Source: Antedon mediterranea
Taxonomy: Eukaryota; Animalia; Echinodermata
Reading direction: 5' to 3'
DNA length: 64,000 bases
Assembly (NCBI RefSeq): GCF_964355755.1
Contig: NC_092672.1
Span: 30,386,437-30,450,436, forward strand
Shown here: positions 22,313 to 33,700 of the stretch, piece by piece
How the letters are laid out: each line of letters starts with the position of its first letter
Position numbering within the stretch: position 1 is the first letter of the stretch
The notes under the pieces: model-generated
The model's database searches: none
What the model was told of the DNA's origin: nothing
What the model saw: the letters and a program-made list of their open reading frames with translations, nothing else
Position numbers and translations under genes: made by a program

Positions 22313-24475
22313 TTAAAATTTGAATATATTTACTGTTTTGCCTCCACAATTTGCCACTGCTAGTCTACGTGGATTGTGAGATATGATAGATAATCCTTGA
22401 GGATTGTTGATTCCATCGTGTGCTTTATCAATCCTTTTAATGAACTTTCCACTATTACTAAATAGCTGTAGTTTGTCCTCACTTGATATTATGATATTGT
22501 CATTATCATCAACTACTAAACATATTGGGTTTTTCACATTACCATCTTCGTCACCGTCATCGACAAGTACTTGAATAAACTTTCCCTCATTATCGAATAG
22601 TTTTAGGCAGCTTTCCCAATGGTAAAGTACAAGAATGTATCCTTGTCTTGTAAAGGTGACATCATAGGTATTTACCTTGAACCTCGTTGTATTACATGGT
22701 GCTGTTGTCCTAATAAGCTGGCCACTTTCAATGTTAAACATGGCTACATTGCTATCATTAGCTACATATATGACACGTGATGCTTCATCCACATGAATAC
22801 CCTGTGGACTTGTCAACTCTCCCTCACCAACTGATTTAACCACCTCACCATTCATAGTGCATAATCTGATACAGTTATTACATAGATCACTGAATGCTAT
22901 ATTACCATTGTTCATTAGGAACATTCTGCTGACTTCGACATCTTCTGATAGTGTAACCTCACCGATGTATTTACCTGAGTGGTGGTATTTGTAAATTGCA
23001 TTGTCACAACATGAAACAAGCAAGCAATCATCTCCATATTTAACTACATCTGAAACATTATAAAAACACTCCGAGTCTGTTTTTATAGTTTTTAATAAAC
23101 CACCATTCTCTACTTTAATAGTCATTGGTGACTTCTTAATGTGTTCACCATCAACTCTAACTTCAACTTTACAAATCCCTGCACTTGTACATTTACCTTT
23201 TACAGTATAGTCACCATTGTCATCTTCTTCTACTTCAGTGATGATAGTTTCTCCTGTTGGTTGTGTCAATGTAGCTTTTATGTCATTTGTATGTATTTCA
23301 CATTCATCAGTTGTTATTATTTTAACATCAATTGTTGGAAATGTCATACTATCAATTCCTTTTAATTCTAAATAACCTGCCCTTCTTGTCTGTGTAATCA
23401 CTCCAATATTTCTCTGTAATGAGGCAAATTGATTGTTTTTCAAAAAGTTAATCTCGCATTTCATATTAGGTGTTTTTTCAGACACAGAATTGATCCTAGC
23501 ATCCAGCACTATAATGGCGTCATTACCGGATAACATTGCCGTTGCTTCATTGCACTTCCCTAGGTCATGAAGTAAATTGATGTTTGCATTTATATACGAT
23601 ATCATCGTTGTCGCATCCTCTATATCGGCATCAGTTGCCGTCCTCTTGATTTTGTAAATTGACTCAACCTCACTTTTTAATTTGTCTCCACTTTCTTGTA
23701 TTCTTTTTACCAATTCCCTGACGTGATTTTCAATTCCTCTTAAACTATTTTCCCTATTTTCATTTAGTTTTTTAACACCATCAGTCATTACTTTAAGGTC
23801 ATCGTTTAATTTAGCTATACATTTATTTGCTTCTTTTTCCAATCCTGCTGATGTTTGTTTAAACGTTTTAAATGCATCTTTTATGCTGATGGTCACGTGT
23901 TTGTCTCTTCCCTCCCATTCCTTATGATCCATGATTGAACAGTGTATACAAATGGCAACATTGCATATTGTACAAAACACAGTTAAAGGTTCATTGTGGA
24001 CAGAACACAGGGGCGGATGCATGGCATTGATTTCACTTACACTCATAGATCTAACATTTTCCACTGAATGAAACCTGTGATTTTTGCAAGCTCGAATGAT
24101 CTTATGATAATCACTACACTCTTGGCACAAATATTGTCTACAATCCTGACAGTAGGTTTTAACTTGACATTCCTTTCCACAAATACATTTTATCTCATCT
24201 GTATTTGAAAACTGTTCAATTGTTTCTAACAAATTATTAAGAAACGTGTTGGGTGGTAATTTCTTTAGACCACCCTCTGGAATCTGATAAGATTTGGAGC
24301 AAGTTGGGCAGTTTACTTTGTTAGGTTTCTTCAACCAATTGTGAAGACAACTCAGACAGAAGCTGTGAAGACATGTTAAGGTTATGGGTTCGTTGAGTCG
24401 ATTAAAGCATATTTGGCACTCTAGAACCTTCTCATCAATATCTTCGAGAAATGTAGCCAATTCACTTGTAGCCAT
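22313..24475 (-). CDS. TRIM-NHL E3 ligase paralogue 4 (TRIM2/3/56/71-like architecture), intact 720 aa
   Basis: C3HC4 RING, B-box1, B-box2, coiled coil, filamin (DDNGDYTV..VDGEHIKKSP) and NHL repeats in a single coding exon. 5' UTR intron 24487-26016 (GTAAGT..CAG). Confidence 0.95.
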   Translation of the reverse strand: MATSELATFLEDIDEKVLECQICFNRLNEPITLTCLHSFCLSCLHNWLKKPNKVNCPTCSKSYQIPEGGLKKLPPNTFLNNLLETIEQFSNTDEIKCICGKECQVKTYCQDCRQYLCQECSDYHKIIRACKNHRFHSVENVRSMSVSEINAMHPPLCSVHNEPLTVFCTICNVAICIHCSIMDHKEWEGRDKHVTISIKDAFKTFKQTSAGLEKEANKCIAKLNDDLKVMTDGVKKLNENRENSLRGIENHVRELVKRIQESGDKLKSEVESIYKIKRTATDADIEDATTMISYINANINLLHDLGKCNEATAMLSGNDAIIVLDARINSVSEKTPNMKCEINFLKNNQFASLQRNIGVITQTRRAGYLELKGIDSMTFPTIDVKIITTDECEIHTNDIKATLTQPTGETIITEVEEDDNGDYTVKGKCTSAGICKVEVRVDGEHIKKSPMTIKVENGGLLKTIKTDSECFYNVSDVVKYGDDCLLVSCCDNAIYKYHHSGKYIGEVTLSEDVEVSRMFLMNNGNIAFSDLCNNCIRLCTMNGEVVKSVGEGELTSPQGIHVDEASRVIYVANDSNVAMFNIESGQLIRTTAPCNTTRFKVNTYDVTFTRQGYILVLYHWESCLKLFDNEGKFIQVLVDDGDEDGNVKNPICLVVDDNDNIIISSEDKLQLFSNSGKFIKRIDKAHDGINNPQGLSIISHNPRRLAVANCGGKTVNIFKF

Positions 24476-24778
24476 CTTAGATTAATCTGTGAACAAGTAA
24501 TTATTTATATTCGATAGTATATACATTTATATTATATATTTTCTTTTAATAATGTAATTGTGTTATTATAGTAATGATTATACTAAGATTATAATCGTTT
24601 ATTGTTCATTGCTTAAATAAAAAAAAAACCTTAATTTGAAAGAAAAACAATACAGTTCATGATTTTTTCAAATTAAAACGTTTCTTTTCTTGTAAATAAA
24701 CAATCATTATGGTTAACAATGTGTTATGGCGAAAAACTACCTATTATTATAGAGACAGATCCAATTGCTCTGATATTA

Positions 24779-24824
<46 letters not shown>

Positions 24825-27306
24825 AAAATGGTGCCATTATGAAATTTAGCCACGGAATAGTGATTTATTGTGCCAAAAAGATTGGGCTCTTCTGTGTGTT
24901 TATTGATATGATCACATAATTAAATGTACCGTAGGCTACCGAATGGACCGATAGTATAGATAGAGACGTGTATAAATCACAGGCAGTGTTCTGAGACCGT
25001 GCGTTTGAAGGAAGTTTGTTCTGCTGTGATAACTTCTCATCACTATACTTGTCAAATTGATAAACGATTGAGTAAAGAAGACAAGAGACTACCCAGATTT
25101 TAATGACTGATCCTGAAGAGCTCGGGAATAGGTAAGCCATGGAATTAGTTTGTAAATCGCTCAGTCATGTGATATATTCAATCATGATATTATTTCGATG
25201 ACATTAACTACAAGTTAGCTTCAATCTCACCCTTATTTGTCGACTGCTACCATATTACGTCATTTTTATCATGTGCGCATGCGCATGCGCTAGGCCACTG
25301 GTACCTCGACTGGTAAATTTGAGCGCTTGTTCAGTGGCATTTTGATTGCTCTCTGACATGAGTACCATGTTAACATATGACGTCATAACACTGCAAAAAG
25401 TTTACCAAACATCATGGCCGGGAATCTCGCGATGATTTTCTGAATAGTAAAGTGAATTTCTCTAAATTTTTTTTTCCAAACTTTGAATTATTGACTTGTA
25501 TTGGTTATTTTAAATACAGCTTTTAAAAATACAGGTCATGGCCTGGGTTTTATCATTAGGACACCAGCCCTTGTTCAGAAAATTAAGGATTTAGGCCAAG
25601 CCTAAGCTACACATTTAGCCTGACCCAAGCCCGTGTACTTCCACCGATCCAGCGCGGTGAAATAGCAATACGGACGAGTGATACCATTCAGATTACAAGT
25701 TCAGATCCCAGGGTCATTACGTCATACGTTCACTGGCACGTCACCGTAAATGTCCACTAAATCTAAACGTTCTTATATCTGTCGACGAGAACAGTCGACT
25801 ACAACCCATGTGGACGTGACCGTCGTGTGCACGTTCACTCAATATAAAACTGAAGAGATGAATGATACTCATGAAAGTATAAATAAATATTCGTGGTCGG
25901 AATGAAAATGATCTATTTTATAGAAAATTGAATACGATACTCTAAAAATCGGTGCTAATCTTAACCACAAATAGGTCTACTACAGAATAGACCGAAGAAC
26001 TTACTAACTGACTTACCTGTTTGTGTTTTCAATATATTAGTGGTTGATAGTTGTAGACAGGCGAGCCGAATTGCTTTCAGATCTAAGTAAAATGGATCCG
26101 ATATGATTGAATGGTTATATTGAAGTGGTTCTTATAGCATTGGTGTAAATTTATTAGACTAGCATGATTGAGTCTTTTATGCACTGTCTATTGATAAAAT
26201 ATCACAATATTGTGCTTTACGCCGAAACGATTGGATATATACTTACTAAGGCACAATGATTATAGAAAAGAGTTTGTTATTTTTATCCCACTCTCGAACA
26301 GAACACCATCAGTCATTACTTTAAGGTCATCGTTTAATTTAGCTATACATTTATTTGCTTCTTTTTCCAATCCTGCTGATGTTTGTTTAAACGTTTTAAA
26401 TGCATCTTTTATGCTGATGGTCACGTGTTTGTCTCTTCCCTCCCATTCCTTATGATCCATGATTGAACAGTGTATACAAATGGCAACATTGCATATTGTA
26501 CAAAACACAGTTAAAGGTTCATTGTGGACAGAACACAGGGGCGGATGCATGGCATTGATTTCACTTACACTCATAGATCTAACATTTTCCACTGAATGAA
26601 ACCTGTGATTTTTGCAAGCTCGAATGATCTTATGATAATCACTACACTCTTGGCACAAATATTGTCTACAATCCTGACAGTAGGTTTTAACTTGACATTC
26701 CTTTCCACAAATACATTTTATCTCATCTGTATTTGAAAACTGTTCAATTGTTTCTAACAAATTATTAAGAAACGTGTTGGGTGGTAATTTCTTTAGACCA
26801 CCCTCTGGAATCTGATAAGATTTGGAGCAAGTTGGGCAGTTTACTTTGTTAGGTTTCTTCAACCAATTGTGAAGACAACTCAGACAGAAGCTGTGAAGAC
26901 ATGTTAAGGTTATGGGTTCGTTGAGTCGATTAAAGCATATTTGGCACTCTAGAACCTTCTCATCAATATCTTCGAGAAATGTAGCCAATTCACTTGTAGC
27001 CATCTTAGATTAATCTGTGAACAAGTAATTATTTATATTCGATAGTATATACATTTATATTATATATTTTCTTTTAATAATGTAATTGTGTTATTATAGT
27101 AATGATTATACTAAGATTATAATCGTTTATTGTTCATTGCTTAAATTAAAAAAAAACCTTAATTTGAAAGAAAAACAATACAGTTCATGATTTTTTCAAA
27201 TTAAAACGTTTCTTTTCTTGTAAATAAACAATCATTATGGTTAACAATGTGTTATGGCGAAAAACTACCTATTATTATAGAGACAGATCCAATTGCTCTG
27301 ATATTA

Positions 27307-27344
<38 letters not shown>

Positions 27345-28821
27345 AAAATGGTGCCATTATGAAATTTAGCCACGGAATAGTGATTTATTGTGCCAAAAAG
27401 ATTGGGCTCTTCTGTGTGTTTATTGATATGATCACATAATTAAATGTACCGTAGGCTACCGAATGGACCGATAGTATAGATAGAGACGTGTATAAATCAC
27501 AGGCAGTGTTCTGAGACCGTGCGTTTGAAGGAAGTTTGTTCTGCTGTGATAACTTCTCATCACTATACTTGTCAAATTGATAAACGATTGAGTAAAGAAG
27601 ACAAGAGACTACCCAGATTTTAATGACTGATCCTGAAGAGCTCGGGAATAGGTAAGCCATGGAATTAGTTTGTAAATCGCTCAGTCATGTGATATATTCA
27701 ATCATGATATTATTTCGATGACATTAACTACAAGTTAGCTTCAATCTCACCCTTATTTGTCGACTGCTACCATATTACGTCATTTTTATCATGTGCGCAT
27801 GCGCATGCGCTAGGCCACTGGTACCTCGACTGGTAAATTTGAGCGCTTGTTCAGTGGCATTTTGATTGCTCTCTGACATGAGTACCATGTTAACATATGA
27901 CGTCATAACACTGCAAAAAGTTTACCAAACATCATGGCCGGGAATCTCGCGATGATTTTCTGAATAGTAAAGTGAATTTCTCTAAATTTTTTTTTCCAAA
28001 CTTTGAATTATTGACTTGTATTGGTTATTTTAAATACAGCTTTTAAAAATACAGGTCATGGCCTGGGTTTTATCATTAGGACACCAGCCCTTGTTCAGAA
28101 AATTAAGGATTTAGGCCAAGCCTAAGCTACACATTTAGCCTGACCCAAGCCCGTGTACTTCCACCGATCCAGCGCGGTGAAATAGCAATACGGACGAGTG
28201 ATACCATTCAGATTACAAGTTCAGATCCCAGGGTCATTACGTCATACGTTCACTGGCACGTCACCGTAAATGTCCACTAAATCTAAACGTTCTTATATCT
28301 GTCGACGAGAACAGTCGACTACAACCCATGTGGACGTGACCGTCGTGTGCACGTTCACTCAATATAAAACTGAAGAGATGAATGATACTCATGAAAGTAT
28401 AAATAAATATTCGTGGTCGGAATGAAAATGATCTATTTTATAGAAAATTGAATACGATACTCTAAAAATCGGTGCTAATCTTAACCACAAATAGGTCTAC
28501 TACAGAATAGACCGAAGAACTTACTAACTGACTTACCTGTTTGTGTTTTCAATATATTAGTGGTTGATAGTTGTAGACAGGCGAGCCGAATTGCTTTCAG
28601 ATCTAAGTAAAATGGATCCGATATGATTGAATGGTTATATTGAAGTGGTTCTTGTACCGTTGGTGTAAATTTATTAGACTAGCATGATTGAGTCTTTTAT
28701 GCACTGTCTATTGATAAAATATCACAATATTGTGCTTTACGCCGAAACGATTGGATATATACTTACTAAGGCACAATGATTATAGAAAAGAGTTTGTTAT
28801 TTTTATCCCACTCTCGAACAG
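23774..28821. repeat. Recent tandem segmental duplication, 2 x about 2.52 kb
   Basis: 23774-26301 is repeated as 26302-28821. It differs in (TA)n length (8 nt) and a few substitutions (e.g. 26134-26139 vs 28654-28659). Junction GAACAG|AACACC. Confidence 0.95.
26260..27003 (-). CDS. Truncated TRIM paralogue 5: RING + 2 B-box + partial coiled coil, 247 aa
   Basis: Identical to paralogue 4 up to VMTDGV, then a novel tail LFESGIKITNSFL read from promoter-side sequence. Retains its own intron and first exon (donor 28536). Confidence 0.7.
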   Translation of the reverse strand: MATSELATFLEDIDEKVLECQICFNRLNEPITLTCLHSFCLSCLHNWLKKPNKVNCPTCSKSYQIPEGGLKKLPPNTFLNNLLETIEQFSNTDEIKCICGKECQVKTYCQDCRQYLCQECSDYHKIIRACKNHRFHSVENVRSMSVSEINAMHPPLCSVHNEPLTVFCTICNVAICIHCSIMDHKEWEGRDKHVTISIKDAFKTFKQTSAGLEKEANKCIAKLNDDLKVMTDGVLFESGIKITNSFL

Positions 28822-29127
28822 GGATTAAAGGAAAATAACAACCAGCGTTGAATGTTTAACAGCAATAGCAATTAATTTTTTTTATTAACATCAACTAACT
28901 GTAATACATTGTAAAAAAATGTAATAAAACAAACACGTTAAAACAGATTATAATATTATAATTATCGTTTTATTGAACAGAATCAGCCATATTAATGATT
29001 AAAATAAATTCTTGCGCCTTTCTTAAACCATGGAGGAACTATTCCGAATTCCATAGTCGCCAATGACAGAAGTAATGGCTGCTATATGTATGTCACATAT
29101 TGTTTAATCTCATTCTCCACTATTCCA

Positions 29128-29319
29128 CCCGATTCTCGGTATTCTATTTAGATTTATCTAGATAGGAAAATGTTGTAATACAGTATCGTGATTCACATGT
29201 ATCGCCTCGTATCAAGACACTATCTAACACTTAACCTATCTTACTTGATACAGATAAAACTATGTTATGCACATGAGATGCTGTATTACAGAATTTTCCT
29301 ACATACATGAGAATCGGGT
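29128..29319. mobile_element. Palindromic MITE-like element
   Basis: ACCCGATTCTC..TAGGAAAAT..TGTAATACAGTATC..GTATCAAG is mirrored by CTTGATAC..GATGCTGTATTACA..ATTTTCCTA..GAGAATCGGGT. Confidence 0.6.
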
Positions 29320-29374
29320 ACATTGATCTTGGTGTAAATAAAGTAACGGCAACATTATTAGATATTGTTTAAAT

Positions 29375-29888
29375 TTGTATATGGCGGATAAAGAGTATTA
29401 GTCGGGTTTGTGGTACACCTTGTGTTGTATATGGCGGATAAACAGTATAGTCGGGTTTGTGGTAGGCCTACACCTTGTGTTTTATATGGCGGATAAAACA
29501 GTATAGTTGGGTTTGTGGTACACATTGTGTTGTATATGGCGGATAAACAGTATAGTCGGGTTTGTGGTACACCTTGTGTTGTATATGACGGATAAACAGT
29601 ATAGTCGGGTTTGTGGTAGGCCTACACCTTGTGTTTTATATGGCGGATAAAACAGTATAGTTGGGTTTGTGGTACACATTGTGTTGTATATGGCGGATAA
29701 ACAGTATAGTCGGGTTTGTGGTACACCTTGTGTTGTATATGACGGATAAACAGTATAGTCGGGTTTGTGGTAGGCCTACACCTTGTGTTTTATATGGCGG
29801 ATAAAACAGTATGGTTGGGTTTGTGGTACACATTGTGTTGTATATGGCGGATAAACAGTATAGTCAGGTTTGTGGTACACCCTGTGTT
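29375..29888. repeat. Minisatellite, unit about 50 bp x10, with a 154-bp three-unit higher-order period
   Basis: Unit GTATATGGCGGATAAACAGTATAGTCGGGTTTGTGGTACACCTTGTGTT; every third unit carries a GGCCTA insertion. Confidence 0.95.
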
Positions 29889-30752
29889 CCAAAAAGGAAA
29901 TAATGTACAGTTGAGAGTATCTCGACATTTTGGAGTAGAAGCATAACACCGAAACGTCGAGATATTCTCAACTTTCTTTTTTTTCTTTTTTTTAAACTTA
30001 AGATGGATTTGCTACTAGCAATCATCATATCCAGTAGCACCATAGATAATTAACAATATTCTAAGTAATTCTTATATATGAAAAATGCATGTTTATATAT
30101 TTATTGTAGATCATTATGGGCCTAGTGTAAATATGCCTTTACCCTATAAACAAAGTAAACATTTCAATACTCTTTGATTATTATGGGCCTTAAATTCACT
30201 TAGAAAACATTGCATGACAGTTTGTGAGAGTAAATACACAGTCCTAGATTGACATGTGGCATATGTATGTTCAAGTACAGTTTTCTATTTCTCCATCAAC
30301 GTGGTATGATTCGAGTTTCCCTCTTTGCCTTTAAAATATACATTGTTCCTGAAGAACAGTTATTTGAAATACATATAGTTATGTGATGGCGCTAGTTAAT
30401 CTTCGTCATGCATGATTACTTTATAAGAATGATAATGTAATGTACATACATGTAAAAACGACGTAGCCTAAACTACGTATAGCATAACAGGCTATCGTTG
30501 TAGTAAATAAAGTACGAATGTATTTCATTGGTGTCATTACTTTGTACTTGTACGTGAGCATTCTGGACGGCAGCATAATAGATAGATCAAACTTAATCAC
30601 AACAAAATCTGATACAATAAGGAAAGTAGCACATGTCAGCCTACCATTAGCTAATGTAAATCAGGCTATTTATTATAAAATTGTCCATACTAGATTAAAA
30701 TTGACCATATCATTGCTAATGGACGTTGACATTTTCTTCTTGTACTTGTATC

Positions 30753-33700
30753 TCATATGCAGTGTACAAGCCAGGCTCCACCATAATTAAATTCACCTTC
30801 TTCTTTGTTTCTGATAAATAATCTGAATTTATAATAACCTGTGCGCGCTAATTTAAACGTTAGAACTATTTTATTACGATGTGTATCTTCTGTGGAATAA
30901 GCAACATCAAACTCGTTTTTGAGATCTTCCGTTTGCTTGTGAAAATTCAATCTTCCAAGAATCTTTCCATGGGTACCAGATGTTAGAGTCAGTGTTGTGT
31001 CCTTGCCTAGAGGAGATGAAATAACGGCTGATTTTGGCTGAATAACAGAAAACCCGTAGTCAAAAAATATCTGTATAGGGCCCCATGGCTGTCTGTCGTT
31101 TGAGGGAAGTTGTAGTGACTGTTTTTTCTTAGCATCAACTAACCAACTACCAATATATTTACCACTAAACACGTCAAGACAATAAAACCCATATTCGGGT
31201 GGATAAAACTGAAATGTATATAATATTGTGTCATCATTTTGTTGTACAGAATCAGCCACAACACAATCATTAAAATCAGTACCGGAGCCATTCTTAAACT
31301 TGAAAGTAATTCCTGTTCGTCGTTTAATCGTTGAAGCTATCACTAAACCGGGCTCGTCGTCTTTTTGATAAATCGTAGAAGAGGTTGGCGATTTAACTTG
31401 TAGATTATGAGCAATCATTTCAGATGTACAAGGCCCCCATGCTCCGTCTTTGCTAAATGCAAACACGTTGCCTTCATATGGTTTAATAACATTAACCAGC
31501 CATCGGCCTATAGAGTCTTTAGTTGTTGTGTCAGGTTTTCCTGCATATAGTTTGAATTCATAAAAGCCAATGGCGTCAATACGAAATCGAAATTGTATGT
31601 TAACTGTTGATCCTTGTCGATGTGTTTCAGCATAAACCAAATTGTGTACTTCTTCATTGTCCTTAGTTTTCAAGGAATACAGTATCTGTGTGTTTTTTTC
31701 ATTATACTGTATTTCAAACTTACTTTCTTTGTTGGTGCATACGATTTCAGAACCTGTTGTGGTGTCTAATAATATCTTGTGTGTGCCAAACTTTTCATTT
31801 GGTCCCCAATTTTGGAATGGCAAGTATGGGAGTAATGTTGTAGTTTTCATTTTCTTATTCAGTATCAAATAAGTAGCGCCGGTCTCATATCGATTCGTAG
31901 GCACGTCTTCTTTGTTTAATCTGGCGTGCAGTATCAACGAATATTCTCCAATTGTAGGACATCTTACATTGAATAAAACCATTCCTGGATAAGAATCAGC
32001 AAATACGTATTCTGTAAGATCATTACCGTTGTCGTCTCTAAACTTGAATCTGATTGGCTCACATCCTGGTCTTTCGATTGTAAATCTAGTGTATCCATTT
32101 ACTGTTTCAATAATAGGATGTGTTACAGATGATTTAAATCCTCCTTCTATAAAAGCGGGAACTGATCCTAGAAAACGTGTAAAGTCTGGAAATAGTTGGG
32201 AACCAGTAACACACGTCGCATGCACTATAAACCCCATTAGCCTATTATCCCGACTATCTTTTTTTGCACGGTCCGACAAACAAACAGGCTCACCGAATAA
32301 TATGACCTTATAAACTCCAGCATGTGGCAAACGTAGCAATAACGTTGCGGTGTTTTCTTTTTCTATCATTGCTATGGAATTTTTAACTATCTGTTGTGTT
32401 GCTTCGTCTGTTAATGTATGTCTGTATGTCATCTTGTATTTGCTGCGAAATATCAGCTCTATTCTATTGGAATCGGTTTTTATATAGCCTTCAGATAACG
32501 ATGGTTTTACACTTGACACCTAAAAAATATAATAATTTTTCTCTTACTCTATTTTATTCAATTCAATCGAAACCAACAGCGATGATTACCGCCACTAACA
32601 GGAGGTTTGATACAAACAAAGCCAGGACTGTTTAAAGCTCCTTGATTGGTCCTAACATTAATCAAGGGCTTCTCTCGTCCAGTGCCCAACTTGACCAGAG
32701 AAACACAGCAGTTTCAAAGATATAAAATAACTAGGGCGCCACCAAGTCTTTACGCTAGCGTGTGGCGTAAACAAACGCGATCTAAATTTAACAAACCGCG
32801 ATTAACTGAACCGTGGAAGAAAACAGAAATTGAAGTCTTTGAAAAACAGCCAATAGGAAAAATTTAAAAAAATAAAACTGACGATCAAAATTTGAATATT
32901 CATTAGATGACTTTTAAACACTTCACAGTTTAAAACATAGCTGTAGCATTAATGTTTGTAGAGAAAGCGTGGTTTGTTTCGATCGTAATTTATCGGTTTT
33001 TCATTATTAAAAAAGTAAGTAATATATTACCATTCATACCTTTGAGTCAGGTAATCACAGAGTCAAGACTTATACCTGTTTGATGTATACTTTTTAACAA
33101 ACACATATTGGCAATATTGTCAAGAGTTAACGGTTCAATTTTTAATACAATAGTGATGTTTAGGCGTCATGGATCGTATTTTCAACACTAGCCTCTCATA
33201 GATGTAAATGTAGTACGCGCATGGGCCAATACGTCTGAGGCAGCAATGCTGATTTCAAATTCCTAATGGGGCCCCCGCTCCATATACAGCACCCGATATT
33301 CCCAGATGGTCTCCCATCCAACCAGGCCCAAGCGTTGCCTAACATCGGTGATCGGACGAGAACCGGTGTTTCAACGTGGTAAAGCCGTATTTATATATAC
33401 TAGTACAGTATATGGGAGGACACGTGGACAGTCTAACGTATCTAAAGGAACTTTTCTTGCAAAAATGTACCTTATAAAAACATCCTGATGGGTATACCCG
33501 CGCCTGATTTGTCCATTTATTGCCATCGCTTATCGGATCGGCAACCATTGCCAGTGCACTGTCGTCTGGTTTGTGAGAATAGCGTAACGTTTCTGGCGGT
33601 GTCAAGAAGTAGCCTTCGTTCCAACGGAAAACATATGTATATATGCCATTAACTTTCTCTGTTATAAAAGAAAATATATTAGCAATGATAGTTGTGTATG

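Noticed and set aside
24865-25140. 91-aa ORF repeated at 27385-27660
   Set aside because: Intronic with no recognisable motif; the identity is explained by the tandem duplication.
33285-33389. Functional 5S rRNA gene
   Set aside because: It has an internal deletion, substitutions, no terminator and is not in an array.
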